Positions 1 through 9,954 of a stretch of 64,000 nt of DNA are shown piece by piece. The notes beneath the pieces are model-generated. The model saw only the letters and a program-made list of their open reading frames with translations, searched no databases and had not been told where the DNA came from. Position 1 is the first letter of the stretch. Each line of letters opens with the position of its first letter. This DNA comes from Pseudomonadota bacterium (GTDB lineage: Bacteria > Pseudomonadota > Alphaproteobacteria > Rhizobiales > Rhizobiaceae). The stretch lies in the NCBI GenBank assembly GCA_023457435.1, contig JAEWLS010000020.1, forward strand, positions 19,932-83,931, given 5' to 3'. The position numbers were made by a program, and so were the translations under genes.

Positions 1-1
1 G

Positions 2-136
2 CGCGAACAGGTGACAAGCCCCAACGGCACCACGGCGGCGGCGCTCAAGGTGCTGATGGCCAAAGACGGGCTGACGCAGCTCATGACGAAGGCCGTGCTG
101 GCGGCGCGCGACCGCGGCGTCGAGCTGGGGAAATAG
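2..136 (+). CDS. proC: Pyrroline-5-carboxylate reductase, C-terminal fragment (cut by window edge)
   Basis: Manual translation gives REQVTSPNGTTAAALKVL...RGVELGK-stop; VTSPxGTT is the ProC C-terminal signature. Confidence 0.9.
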   Translation, partial: REQVTSPNGTTAAALKVLMAKDGLTQLMTKAVLAARDRGVELGK

Positions 137-526
137 TCAGGCCAGATCGGTCTGCGCGAAGTCGCGGCCTTTGTAAAGAAGCGGCAGATCATGGACCTTG
201 GCTGAGGCGTAGGACATGCAGTCGGCCAGATTCAAGCGCGCCGGGTGGCGGCCCTTGCCGTAGAGTGCAAAGGCTTCGATAGATGCGAACGCTTCGGCCT
301 CGCCGACGGGCATGATGCCAACTTCCAGCTCGCGGAGAATGCCCAGGATGGCACTCCGCGCATCGCGCGGATCAAGCACAAGAAGCGTCGAAAGTCTCAT
401 CGCGGCTTCCAGCACAACCAGCGCCGAAGTGACACAGCTGTCGACTGAGCGGATGCGATCGATGAACTCCTGAGCATCCGCCTCTTTCGCGAGGATCGCG
501 ACGATGACGGACGTGTCGACGAACAT
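137..526 (-). CDS. vapC: VapC PIN-domain toxin
   Basis: MFVDTSVIVAIL start and LNLADCMSYA..LLYKGRDF PIN motifs; ATG at 526 overlaps the vapB stop (TGATG). Confidence 0.92.
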   Translation of the reverse strand: MFVDTSVIVAILAKEADAQEFIDRIRSVDSCVTSALVVLEAAMRLSTLLVLDPRDARSAILGILRELEVGIMPVGEAEAFASIEAFALYGKGRHPARLNLADCMSYASAKVHDLPLLYKGRDFAQTDLA

Positions 527-768
527 CAGGGATTTCCCCACATCTCGTCGATCTCGTCCTTGGTCAATTCACGGCCTTTCCCGCCAGACTTAGCGTGGAG
601 TTCGGCGATGATAGATGCGAGGCGATCAGCAAGCGGGATGGCTTCCCGTTCGCGTTGAAGCTGCGCTTCCAAAGCACCAATCACCGCGTCGGTGATCGAC
701 GTGCCGCGCTTTTTCGCGAGTTCGCGGGCAAGCTCGTGCGCCCTGGGATGTCTGATCTGGAGGTTCAT
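526..768 (-). CDS. vapB: VapB antitoxin (Rv0623-like)
   Basis: 80 aa, MNLQIRHPRAHELARELAKKRGTSITDAV RHH-like N-terminus, coupled to the PIN gene. Confidence 0.88.
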   Translation of the reverse strand: MNLQIRHPRAHELARELAKKRGTSITDAVIGALEAQLQREREAIPLADRLASIIAELHAKSGGKGRELTKDEIDEMWGNP

Positions 769-817
769 GACGCGATCCGTTCAATACACCGCAGGATAAG
801 CGTCATGACAAGCTGCT

Positions 818-2134
818 TCAACCTTTGCCGTACAGCATCTCGTCCTGCAGCCTGCGCAGCGCGAACAGTCGGGTCGTCGGATCCGGCGCAGCATTGGCGG
901 CGGTGAGGAGCTCGCCTTTCTTGACCGGCGCGAGCACCCTGCCCCCCTCGAGCAAGCCCACAGGCACCGCAGCCGCGGCGCGAGCGTCGGCGACGGTCAT
1001 GGTGTGCGACCGGTAGCAGGTCTCGCCGATGGCATCGAAAGTCTCGCCCGGCTTCAGGTCACGCTTGGCGACCGCGCAGACCTCGGCAACAGGGCGCGGC
1101 AGCGGCACCATGTCCGGCTTGCCATGGAGTACGATACGGGCAGCCGTCAGCGGCACCTCGAGGGACGTCAGATGATAGGGCCGGTGGAAGGCGTAGTACG
1201 GTCCGCGACCGACATGCAGGTCGTCCATCCGCTCGATGACGCGCGGATGCGTCGCCTCGACCACAACGAAGACGCCCGGAGCCACGCCCTTGCCGATCGT
1301 GTAGTCGACCACGCCCTTGCGCGATAGCACGCCTCCGTCGGCGGCGGGGATCAGGACCCTTGCGAGCTCGTCGCGGCCGGCGTTCGGCCCGTGCATGCCC
1401 GGAACGTCCGGCACCAGGCCGGTGGCATTGGCGATGGCGCACATCTCCACCATCGTCTTGGAGCCGTCGACGAACTCGACCAGCATGCGCGGGTTCATGT
1501 TCCGGCGGATCGCCTCCTCGCGGTAGTCGTCGGGGACGGCGTCGCGGTTGAGCGGATTGTTCTTGCCCTTTCCGGCCGAGACGATGGTGTAGCCGAGCGC
1601 GGTGGCGAACTCGATGAGCTCCATGCACGACGAGGGCTCGTCGCCGGCGCCGACGGAATAGATCACGCCCAGCCGGTCTGCTTCCTTCTTCAGGTAGGGG
1701 CCGATGGTGACGTCGGCCTCGACGTTCATCATCACGACATGCTTGCCGTGCTGCATTGCCATCAGGTCGAAATCGGCCGCTACGCCGGGCTTTCCGGTGG
1801 CATCGATGATGACGTCGATCAGCGGGTTCTGCACCATCGTCTCGACAGAGGTGATGGCGATGCGGCCGGCCTCGATCGCCGCGCTGACCTTCGACTGGGT
1901 ATCGGCCTCGGCTGCATGAGCCTCGTCGCCATAGGCGATGCGGATCGCCTCGCGCGCCGTGTGCGGGCGGCGGGTGGCCAGGGCGCAGACGGAGATCCCC
2001 CGCATCAGCATGCCCTGGGTGACGAGGTCAGTGCCCATCTCGCCGGTGCCGATGACGCCGATGCGCACCGGCCGCCCCGCCTCGGCGCGCTGCGCAAGCT
2101 CGCGGGCGAGACCGGTAAGAGCGACGTTGGTCAT
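818..2134 (-). CDS. NAD(P)-dependent oxidoreductase (homoserine dehydrogenase-like) with C-terminal SAF domain
   Basis: GVIGTGEMG Rossmann motif, NVEADVTIG, DGSKTMVE, C-terminal AVAKRDLKPGE SAF motif; start at MTNVAL preferred over 2164. Confidence 0.82.
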   Translation of the reverse strand: MTNVALTGLARELAQRAEAGRPVRIGVIGTGEMGTDLVTQGMLMRGISVCALATRRPHTAREAIRIAYGDEAHAAEADTQSKVSAAIEAGRIAITSVETMVQNPLIDVIIDATGKPGVAADFDLMAMQHGKHVVMMNVEADVTIGPYLKKEADRLGVIYSVGAGDEPSSCMELIEFATALGYTIVSAGKGKNNPLNRDAVPDDYREEAIRRNMNPRMLVEFVDGSKTMVEMCAIANATGLVPDVPGMHGPNAGRDELARVLIPAADGGVLSRKGVVDYTIGKGVAPGVFVVVEATHPRVIERMDDLHVGRGPYYAFHRPYHLTSLEVPLTAARIVLHGKPDMVPLPRPVAEVCAVAKRDLKPGETFDAIGETCYRSHTMTVADARAAAAVPVGLLEGGRVLAPVKKGELLTAANAAPDPTTRLFALRRLQDEMLYGKG

Positions 2135-2190
2135 AAGATGCGATCCCGGTTCGTCCGGGCTCATCTAGTGCCGCGATCAACGGGGAGAAA

Positions 2191-2265
<75 letters not shown>

Positions 2266-2367
2266 CCGGTTGTTCGGCGCGGCTTCTGCCATAGCTCGCC
2301 GGCCAGCGCAAGCATTGCGCCCGGATCGCGTCTACACCATGTTCAAGCCGCAATCGCGGAGGCAGGA

Positions 2368-2547
2368 TTGGCCAAGGAAAAGGGACCCAGGCCGACAGCG
2401 GACGAGGCGCGGCGGGCACGGCTCGCCAAGCAGCTGCGCGACAATCTCGCGAAGCGCAAGGCGCAGGCGCGCGCACGCAGGGCCGGCGACGCGGATCTGC
2501 GCGAGGGGATGGACGGCAGGACCAAACCGGGCGGCGAACGCGGGTAA
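2368..2547 (+). CDS. Small basic hypothetical protein upstream of murA
   Basis: TTG start after a GGAGG-like RBS; RRARLAKQLRDNLAKRKAQARAR resembles small proteins recalled at this position in Rhizobiales. Confidence 0.6.
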   Translation: MAKEKGPRPTADEARRARLAKQLRDNLAKRKAQARARRAGDADLREGMDGRTKPGGERG

Positions 2548-2655
2548 TCGTGCCCGCTGGCGTTCCTTGAACCGCTTCGGCCGATGGTCTAGACGGGCCG
2601 TTCGGGCGGGGAACAGCAGGAAAACCGGCGATTCGGCCGGGAAAGGCGGGACTTC

Positions 2656-3945
2656 ATGGATCGCATCAGAATCGTCGGCGGCGCCAAGCTCAACGGCATC
2701 ATACCGATTTCCGGCGCCAAGAACGCAGCGCTGCCGCTGATGATCGCGTCGCTGCTCACCGACGAGACGCTGACGCTCGACAACGTGCCGCACCTGGCCG
2801 ACGTCGAACAGCTCATCCGCATCCTCGGCAACCACGGCGTCGACTATTCGGTCAACGGTCGCCGTGCCGGCGAGACGGAAACCTATTCGCGTACCATCAA
2901 CTTCACCGCGAAGCGCATCGTCGACACCACTGCGCCGTACCACCTCGTCTCGAAGATGCGGGCGAGCTTCTGGGTGATCGGGCCGCTGCTGGCGCGCATG
3001 GGCGAGGCCAACGTGTCCCTTCCCGGCGGCTGCGCGATCGGCACCCGGCCGGTCGACCTCTTCATCGACGGGCTGCAGGCGCTCGGCACGCAGATCGACA
3101 TCGACAATGGCTACGTGCTCGCGCGGGCACCGAAAGGACTGATCGGCGCGATCTACACGTTCCCGAAGGTCTCGGTGGGCGCGACCCACGTGCTGATGAT
3201 GGCGGCAACGCTGGCCAAGGGCACCACCGTGCTTCAGAACGCGGCGCGCGAGCCGGAGATCGTCAACCTCGCCGAATGCCTGAATGCCATGGGCGCCAAG
3301 GTGTCGGGCGCGGGGAGCGAAACGATCACCATCGAGGGCGTGGCGAAGCTGCACGGCGCCCGGGTTCAGGTCATCCCGGACCGCATCGAGACCGGCACCT
3401 ACGCGATGGCGGTGGCGATGACCGGCGGCGACGTGCTGCTCGAAGGAGCGCGGCCCGACCTGCTCGACAACGCGCTCGATGTGCTGGTCCAGGCCGGCGC
3501 CGAGATCACGCCGACGAATTCCGGCATCCGCGTGCGGCGCAATGGCGCCGGGATCGCGGCGGTCGACGTCACCACAGCGCCGTTTCCGGGTTTCCCGACC
3601 GACCTGCAGGCACAGTTCATGGGGCTCATGACCAAGGCCCGCGGCAAGTCGCGCATAACCGAGACGATCTTCGAAAACCGCTTCATGCACGTGCAGGAGC
3701 TGGCGCGGCTCGGCGCCAAGATCTCGCTCGCCGGCCAGACGGCGATCGTCGAAGGCGTACCGGTGCTCAAGGGCGCGCCGGTGATGGCGACGGATCTGCG
3801 CGCATCGGTGTCGCTGGTCATCGCCGGGCTCGCAGCCGAAGGCGAGACGGTGGTACACCGCGTCTACCACCTCGACCGCGGCTTCGAGCGGCTCGAGCAG
3901 AAGCTGACCGGGTGCGGCGCCTCGGTCGAACGGCTGTCTGAGTAG
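2656..3945 (+). CDS. murA: UDP-N-acetylglucosamine 1-carboxyvinyltransferase
   Basis: [20 protein letters not shown] (catalytic Cys), [17 protein letters not shown]. Confidence 0.98.
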   Translation: MDRIRIVGGAKLNGIIPISGAKNAALPLMIASLLTDETLTLDNVPHLADVEQLIRILGNHGVDYSVNGRRAGETETYSRTINFTAKRIVDTTAPYHLVSKMRASFWVIGPLLARMGEANVSLPGGCAIGTRPVDLFIDGLQALGTQIDIDNGYVLARAPKGLIGAIYTFPKVSVGATHVLMMAATLAKGTTVLQNAAREPEIVNLAECLNAMGAKVSGAGSETITIEGVAKLHGARVQVIPDRIETGTYAMAVAMTGGDVLLEGARPDLLDNALDVLVQAGAEITPTNSGIRVRRNGAGIAAVDVTTAPFPGFPTDLQAQFMGLMTKARGKSRITETIFENRFMHVQELARLGAKISLAGQTAIVEGVPVLKGAPVMATDLRASVSLVIAGLAAEGETVVHRVYHLDRGFERLEQKLTGCGASVERLSE

Positions 3946-4023
3946 CCCGCGCGCTCAACCGTTGCGCGGCTCGAAGCGAACGCCTAACAGACACCGGTAG
4001 AGCAACCGGACCCGCGCGCCCGC

Positions 4024-4458
4024 ATGCAGCCATTGAAGCTTGTCGCGCTCGACGACGAGGATCTGAAGATCGTGTCCGCGCACGTGCAGGACGCGGTGAT
4101 GAAGGTTGGCGACATTTCCTGGCTGAAGGCGGAGAAGCGCGTCGTCATCGCGATGAACCGCTATGCCTGGGAGAAGAAGACCGGGCTGTTCTTCGGCAAG
4201 CCGGAGCGGCGGCGCAGCGTGCTGCATTTCGAGGCCGTGACGGCACTGCGCGCCATCGGCGTCGACCCCGCACGCAGCGAGGACGTGCTGTCCCTGCTGG
4301 CAATCCGCTTCGAGGCCGGACAGGCGCCGGGCGGAACCGTGGAAATCGACTTCTCCGGCGGCGCGACGATGCGGCTCACGGTCGATTACATCGAGGCGCG
4401 TCTCGCCGACCTCGGCGCGGCCTGGGAAGCCACGGCGCGGCCGCGTCACGGGAGCTGA
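4024..4458 (+). CDS. DUF2948 family protein
   Basis: LKLVALDDEDLKIVSAHVQDAV N-terminus; murA-hisD context. Confidence 0.85.
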   Translation: MQPLKLVALDDEDLKIVSAHVQDAVMKVGDISWLKAEKRVVIAMNRYAWEKKTGLFFGKPERRRSVLHFEAVTALRAIGVDPARSEDVLSLLAIRFEAGQAPGGTVEIDFSGGATMRLTVDYIEARLADLGAAWEATARPRHGS

Positions 4459-4462
4459 CCGC

Positions 4463-5755
4463 ATGGCAGTGCGGCTCGACCAGTCCGATCCCGACTTCGA
4501 GACGCGGTTCGCCGCGTTCCTGACCACCAAGAGAGAAGTGTCGGAGGACGTCGACAACGCCGTTCGCGAGATCATCGCGCGCGTCCGAGCCGAGGGCGAC
4601 GCAGCGCTGATCGACTACTCACGGCGCTTCGACCGCGTCGACCTGTCGAAGCCCGGCATCACCGTCCGTGCCGACGAGATCGAGGCGGCGGAGGCTGCAT
4701 GCGACCCAAGGACGCTCGAGGCGCTGCGCCACGCGCATGAGCGGATCACCGCGCATCATGAGCGGCAGCGACCGAAAGACGACCGCTACACAGACGCGAT
4801 CGGCGTCGAACTGGGCTCGCGCTGGACGGCGATCGAGGCCGTGGGGCTCTACGTTCCCGGCGGCACGGCGAGCTATCCAAGCTCGGTGCTGATGAACGCT
4901 GTCCCGGCGCGGGTGGCCGGCGTCGAGCGCATCGTCATCACAGTGCCGGCGCCGGAGGGTCGCATCAACCCGCTGGTGCTGGCGGCGGCGAAGATGGCCG
5001 GCGTCAGCGAAATCCACCGCGTCGGAGGGGCGCAGGCTATCGCCGCCCTCGCCTACGGCACGCAGACGATCCGCCCGGTGGCGAAGATCGTCGGCCCCGG
5101 AAACGCCTTCGTCGCGGCGGCCAAGCGGCGGGTGTTCGGGATAGTCGGTATCGACATGGTGGCGGGGCCGAGCGAGGTGCTGATCCTCGCGGATGGCGAC
5201 AACGACCCAGACTGGATCGCCGCCGACCTCCTGGCGCAGGCCGAGCACGACACGGCGGCGCAATCGATCCTGGTGACGACCAGCGCCGAGCTCGCCGACG
5301 AAGTGGAACGCGCCGTGGAACGCCAGATCGCGCGGCTGCCACGCGCCGAGACGGCTGCGGCGAGCTGGCGCGACTTCGGCGCCATCATCCTGGTGGCGTC
5401 GCTGTCCGACGCCGTTCCGCTCGCCAACCGGATCGCGGCCGAGCATCTGGAGCTGCTGACCGACGCGGCCGAAGCGCTGCTGCCCAGGATTCGCAACGCC
5501 GGGGCGATCTTCATCGGCCGGCACACGCCGGAGGTGATCGGCGACTATGTCGGCGGATCGAACCACGTCCTGCCCACGGCACGCTCGGCGCGGTTCTCGT
5601 CCGGGCTGTCGGTGCTCGACTTCGTCAAGCGGACCTCGCTGCTGAAGCTCGGGCCGGAACAGTTGCGGCAGCTCGCGCCTTCGGCGATCGCGCTGGCAGA
5701 GGCCGAGGGCCTGGACGCGCATGCTCGCAGCGTTGCGATACGGTTGAACATGTAG
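4463..5755 (+). CDS. hisD: Histidinol dehydrogenase
   Basis: [42 protein letters not shown]. Confidence 0.97.
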   Translation: MAVRLDQSDPDFETRFAAFLTTKREVSEDVDNAVREIIARVRAEGDAALIDYSRRFDRVDLSKPGITVRADEIEAAEAACDPRTLEALRHAHERITAHHERQRPKDDRYTDAIGVELGSRWTAIEAVGLYVPGGTASYPSSVLMNAVPARVAGVERIVITVPAPEGRINPLVLAAAKMAGVSEIHRVGGAQAIAALAYGTQTIRPVAKIVGPGNAFVAAAKRRVFGIVGIDMVAGPSEVLILADGDNDPDWIAADLLAQAEHDTAAQSILVTTSAELADEVERAVERQIARLPRAETAAASWRDFGAIILVASLSDAVPLANRIAAEHLELLTDAAEALLPRIRNAGAIFIGRHTPEVIGDYVGGSNHVLPTARSARFSSGLSVLDFVKRTSLLKLGPEQLRQLAPSAIALAEAEGLDAHARSVAIRLNM

Positions 5756-5766
5756 GGCCGGGTACG

Positions 5767-6237
5767 ATGAACCCCAACGCCCGGTTGATCGATGTCGAGC
5801 TCGACGAGTCCATCGGCCGCTCGACGCCCGACGTCGAGCACGAACGGGCGGTGGCGATCTTCGACCTGATCGAAGAGAACACGTTCGCGCCGGCCGGCGA
5901 CGGCGGCGGTCCGTACCGCCTGAAGCTGTCGCTGGTCGAGGGGCGGCTGGTCTTCGCGATCTCGCGCGAGGACGGCACCCAGGTTGTCACCCATATCCTG
6001 TCGCTGACGCCGTTCCGGCGCATCGTGCGCGACTACTACATGATCTGCGAAAGCTACTACGAGGCGATCCGCAGCGCGACGCCGAGCCAGATCGAGTCGA
6101 TCGACATGGGACGGCGCGGTCTGCACAATGACGGGTCACAGACGCTGATGGACCGCCTTAAAGGCAAGATCGACATGGATTTCGACACGGCCCGGCGGCT
6201 GTTCACGCTGGTCTGCGTGCTGCACTGGCGGGGCTGA
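5767..6237 (+). CDS. UPF0262 family protein
   Basis: [15 protein letters not shown] and [10 protein letters not shown] motifs; downstream of hisD. Confidence 0.9.
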   Translation: MNPNARLIDVELDESIGRSTPDVEHERAVAIFDLIEENTFAPAGDGGGPYRLKLSLVEGRLVFAISREDGTQVVTHILSLTPFRRIVRDYYMICESYYEAIRSATPSQIESIDMGRRGLHNDGSQTLMDRLKGKIDMDFDTARRLFTLVCVLHWRG

Positions 6238-6240
6238 TCG

Positions 6241-6717
6241 TTGAGCGGGACTCGCAAGCCGCGCTCCATCCTGTTCCTCTGCGGCATGAACTCGGTGCGC
6301 TCGCCGATCGCCGAGCAACTGGCCAAGAAGATGCTGCCGCGCGACGTGTTCGTCGCCTCGGCGGGCGTACGGGCCGGCGAGCGCGACCCCTTTGTCGACG
6401 CCGTGCTGGCGGAGCAGGGCATGAGCCTCGGCGAGCGGCAGCCGCGCACGCTGGATGAGATGGAAGACGACTATTTCGACCTGATCGTCACCCTGGCGCC
6501 GGAGGCGCACCACCGGGCGCTGGAACTGACGCGGTCGCTGGCGGTCGACGTCGAATACTGGCCGACCGCCGATCCGACCTCGGCCACGGGAACGCGCGAC
6601 CAGATCGCCGCCGCCTATCGCGACGTTCGCGACCGGCTGGCGCGGCGTATCGCGGAGCGGTTCGGCAACATGGTGGAAAGCAACGCCGCGGCCGGCGGCA
6701 GTGCGGAACCGGCCTGA
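6241..6717 (+). CDS. Low molecular weight phosphatase / ArsC-like protein
   Basis: P-loop C-x5-R (LFLCGMNSVRSP), SAG, W..DP motif. Confidence 0.88.
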   Translation: MSGTRKPRSILFLCGMNSVRSPIAEQLAKKMLPRDVFVASAGVRAGERDPFVDAVLAEQGMSLGERQPRTLDEMEDDYFDLIVTLAPEAHHRALELTRSLAVDVEYWPTADPTSATGTRDQIAAAYRDVRDRLARRIAERFGNMVESNAAAGGSAEPA

Positions 6718-6809
6718 AACGATCGCGTGTTCACAAGGCGGACTTAATCATATAGGTTCCGCGCGATTTCCGGCCCCCCTCGCGCCGGCGACCCCAATCG
6801 AAGGTAAAG

Positions 6810-7028
6810 ATGCCGAAGGAAGAAGTACTGGAATTTCCGGGCGTTGTGACGGAACTGCTGCCCAACGCCATGTTCCGCGTCAAGCTCGAGAACGAGCACG
6901 AGATCATCGCCCACACGGCCGGGCGCATGCGCAAGAACCGTATCCGCGTCCTGACCGGCGACAAGGTGCTGGTCGAGATGACGCCCTACGACCTGACCAA
7001 GGGCCGCATCACCTACCGCTTCAAGTAA
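6810..7028 (+). CDS. infA: Translation initiation factor IF-1
   Basis: 72 aa, [12 protein letters not shown]...[13 protein letters not shown]. Confidence 0.99.
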
Positions 7029-7050
7029 CCAGCGCGGGCGCGGCCGGGGC

Positions 7051-7677
7051 ATGAGCGTCTTCCAGAAACTGGTTCTCGCCTCGGGTTCGCCGCGCCGCAT
7101 CGAGCTCCTGCAGCAGGCCGGCATCGAGCCGGACCGGCTGATCCCGAGCGAGATCGACGAGACGCCGCGGCGCGCCGAGCATCCCGGCTCGCTCGCCAAG
7201 CGTCTGTCGCGGGAGAAGGCCGAGCGGGCGCGCGAGATCTACCTGAAGGATCCCGACGAGGGCGACGCCTACATCATCGCCGCCGACACGGTCGTGTCCG
7301 TGGGCCGGCGCATCCTGCCCAAGGCGGAGCTGGTCGACGAGGCGTCGAACTGCCTGCGGCTCCTTTCGGGGCGCTCGCACCGGGTCTACACCTGCGTGTG
7401 CCTGATCACGCCCTCGGGCAAGGTGCGCCAGAAGCTCGTCGAGACGCGGGTCCGCTTCAAGCGGCTGTCGCGCGAGGAGCTGGAAAGCTACCTCGCCTCG
7501 GGCGAATGGCGCGGCAAGGCCGGCGGCTACGCGATCCAGGGCCTGGCGGGCAGCTTCGTGGTCAAGCTCGTCGGCTCGTACACCTGCGTGGTCGGGCTGC
7601 CGCTGCACGAGACGGTGAACCTGCTGGTGGCCGACGGCTACAAGGTGCACTTCAACTGGCTGTCGGCGCGGGCCTGA
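7051..7677 (+). CDS. maf: Maf-like nucleoside triphosphate pyrophosphatase
   Basis: [30 protein letters not shown]. Confidence 0.95.
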   Translation: MSVFQKLVLASGSPRRIELLQQAGIEPDRLIPSEIDETPRRAEHPGSLAKRLSREKAERAREIYLKDPDEGDAYIIAADTVVSVGRRILPKAELVDEASNCLRLLSGRSHRVYTCVCLITPSGKVRQKLVETRVRFKRLSREELESYLASGEWRGKAGGYAIQGLAGSFVVKLVGSYTCVVGLPLHETVNLLVADGYKVHFNWLSARA

Positions 7678-7691
7678 CAGGGACGCGCGCG

Positions 7692-7913
7692 ATGGCAGGC
7701 TCGGACAAGGTGACGCCGCTCAGGCCACGCCGCCCCTGCCCGGAATGCGGCAAGCCGTCGGCGCGCGAGACGTTTCCGTTCTGCTCGCCGCGCTGCAAGG
7801 ACATCGACCTCAACCGCTGGCTGTCGGGCTCGTACGTGCTGCCCGGCCGCGACGGCGAGGCGGAAGATGAAATCGCCGCCCAGCCACCGGCGCGGCCGTC
7901 CGACGACGATTGA
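7692..7913 (+). CDS. yacG: DNA gyrase inhibitor YacG
   Basis: CPECGK...[15 protein letters not shown] zinc-finger; ATG at 7692. Confidence 0.93.
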   Translation: MAGSDKVTPLRPRRPCPECGKPSARETFPFCSPRCKDIDLNRWLSGSYVLPGRDGEAEDEIAAQPPARPSDDD

Positions 7914-7992
7914 AAACCGTAGCGTCATCAAGCGGTTGACCGCGATGGTGGCTGGCGCCTGAAGGCCTTCGATCAAAAGCCGGCAAGGGCGC

Positions 7993-8020
7993 TGGACAGC
8001 GCGGGAACCCGTGCTATAAC
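7993..8020 (+). promoter_or_regulatory. Putative sigma70 promoter of tRNA-Phe
   Basis: TGGACA-N16-TATAAC with extended -10 TG, about 60 nt upstream of the tRNA. Confidence 0.55.
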
Positions 8021-8082
8021 GCACGCGCTTTCGGCGGGCACCAAAACCGCCGGAACGCCGCGGCAACGCCCGCGGCACGGTC

Positions 8083-8158
8083 GCCCAGGTAGCTCAGTTG
8101 GTAGAGCATACGACTGAAAATCGTAGTGTCGGTGGTTCGATTCCACCCCTGGGCACCA
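8083..8158 (+). tRNA. tRNA-Phe(GAA)
   Basis: GCCCAGGTAGCTCAGTTGGTAGAGCA-TACGA-CTGAAAA-TCGTA...GGTTCGATTCC...CTGGGCACCA. Confidence 0.98.
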
Positions 8159-8296
8159 CCTCACCGCCAAGCTTTCGTAGACTCCTGCCTCAGGCCCGTT
8201 CGACGTTTTGACGAGCGTGCCGTGCGCAGATCTGACGCCGGGACGTGGAAAACGCCTCGCCAGCCAGCGCCGGCGCATGTTGCCAGGTCCTGCCCG

Positions 8297-8608
8297 CTAC
8301 CCGAACTTCACACCGGTGACCGCCACTGCGCCATAGCAGTTCGACGTGCAGTGCCGCCACGGGTGCTCCTGGCTGGCGTCGATATAGCCGGCGTGGAACA
8401 CGTCGCGGATGTGGAAATGCTCTATCTCGACTTCGTCGAGCCACTCGTCGGCGACACCCGGATCGTCGAACAGCGAGCCAAGCACCTGCGATATGCGCTT
8501 CTGCTCGTCGGCGTAGTTGATCTCTTCCAGCGGTTCGTGGCCCTCGATGTAGACCGCCAGCGGTTCCCCATGGCTACCGAGTATCGGAGTCCAGATTCGG
8601 TCGGACAT
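8297..8608 (-). CDS. Hypothetical acidic protein (orphan)
   Basis: About 103 aa with protein-like composition (MSDRIWTPIL...YIEGHEP...HPWRHC...AVAVTG); family not recognised. Confidence 0.55.
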   Translation of the reverse strand: MSDRIWTPILGSHGEPLAVYIEGHEPLEEINYADEQKRISQVLGSLFDDPGVADEWLDEVEIEHFHIRDVFHAGYIDASQEHPWRHCTSNCYGAVAVTGVKFG

Positions 8609-8718
8609 TTGCGGGCCTCTGGCGTTCGCGTGCCGGTCCAACACACGAATCAGGGCATTGGTTGCGCCCAACCTAAACGTTTCGGACGCAGCGTCGCAGC
8701 GGCCTGCGGCGCGGCCGA

Positions 8719-9753
8719 TCAGTTCACGGCGCCTTCGAGATTTCCTAGCCGGCGGGCGTCGCGCTCGGCAACGAGCGCCAGGCGCATCACTTCGAAGCAG
8801 TGCGCCTGCGTCATCGCGGTCTCGGTGCGGTCGCGCATGTCGGCGACGATCCGGTCGAAGTAGATCAGCGGCGTTGCGCTGGCGTCGATGTATTCGCAGC
8901 GCGTCTTGTTGGTCAGGAACAGGTGGTCGGTGCCGGGCCGCCCGGCCACGTCGACATATTTGCGCAGCTCGATGTAGCCCTCGGTGCCGAGGATGGTGAG
9001 GCGCCCGTCGCCCCAGTTCGGCAGCGCATCGGGCGTGTACCAGTCTAGCCGGATGTAGCCGTGCCCGCCGTCGCCGCGCAGGACGATCTCGCCGAAATCC
9101 TCGAGGCCCGGGTCCTCGGGATTGGCGTAGTTCGCCACCGTCGACGACACGATCTCTGCCGACCGCGAGCGGGTGAAGAACATGAACTGCTCGATCTGGT
9201 GCGACCCGATATCGGCGAGGATGCCGCCGTAATGCTGCTTCTGGAAGAACCAGGGGGCGCGCAGGTGCCGGTTGAGGCGATGCGGCCCCATGCCGATCGT
9301 CTGAACGACGCGGCCGATGGCGCCTTCAGCGATCAGTTCCGCAGCCTTGATCACCGAAGGCACCTCGAAATGCTCGCCGTAGTTGACCGACCAGATCCGC
9401 CCGGTGCGCGCCACGACTTCGCGGATCCGCTCGAGCTCCTCGAGCGACACGCATCCCGGCTTGTCGACCATCACGTCCTTGCCCGCTTCCATCGCCGCGA
9501 TGGCGAGTTCGGCGCGGTCGCTCGGGATGCAGGAAATGATGACCATGTCGATTTCCGGGTCATCGAGTATCCGCCGCACGTCGGCGACGCGCGGCACGTC
9601 CGGGAAGCGCTCGACGAAGCCCTTGAGCGGCTGAGGCGTACCCTTTGTCCACCAGGCTTTTGCACGCGCGCCGGCATGCAGCATCCCGCCTAGCATGCCG
9701 AAGGCGTGTCGGTGGTCGATGCCGAGAACGGCAACTGTCGGTCCTGTGCCCAA
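8719..9753 (-). CDS. Gfo/Idh/MocA family oxidoreductase
   Basis: GKDVMVDKPG, GGILADIGSHQIEQF; TTG start at 9753 after a GGGGAG RBS. Confidence 0.9.
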   Translation of the reverse strand: MGTGPTVAVLGIDHRHAFGMLGGMLHAGARAKAWWTKGTPQPLKGFVERFPDVPRVADVRRILDDPEIDMVIISCIPSDRAELAIAAMEAGKDVMVDKPGCVSLEELERIREVVARTGRIWSVNYGEHFEVPSVIKAAELIAEGAIGRVVQTIGMGPHRLNRHLRAPWFFQKQHYGGILADIGSHQIEQFMFFTRSRSAEIVSSTVANYANPEDPGLEDFGEIVLRGDGGHGYIRLDWYTPDALPNWGDGRLTILGTEGYIELRKYVDVAGRPGTDHLFLTNKTRCEYIDASATPLIYFDRIVADMRDRTETAMTQAHCFEVMRLALVAERDARRLGNLEGAVN

Positions 9754-9954
9754 AGACTCCCCCGTGCTGCGTGCGCAAGTCCATTCGGGCCGCAGCATGC
9801 CCCTATCGCAACGACCAATGCTGGTCTGGCCTTACCAGCCGGTCAGCTCGCACGTCCACTCCTATCAAATGCTAAACGGACTCCTCGATGCCTAGCGGCT
9901 AAAGTGCGCCGTCGTTGCGCTATCGCACGCCGTTGAACAGCGAGGTCCGAAGGA

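Noticed and set aside
2332..3870. Long antisense ORFs (also 27982-29805, 28434-30326, 22287-23843 and many more)
   Set aside because: Typical stop-poor shadow frames of high-GC genes, with no motifs
8140..8300. Active ICE or prophage at tRNA-Phe
   Set aside because: No integrase, conjugation or phage structural genes, and no att duplicate seen by eye in the window
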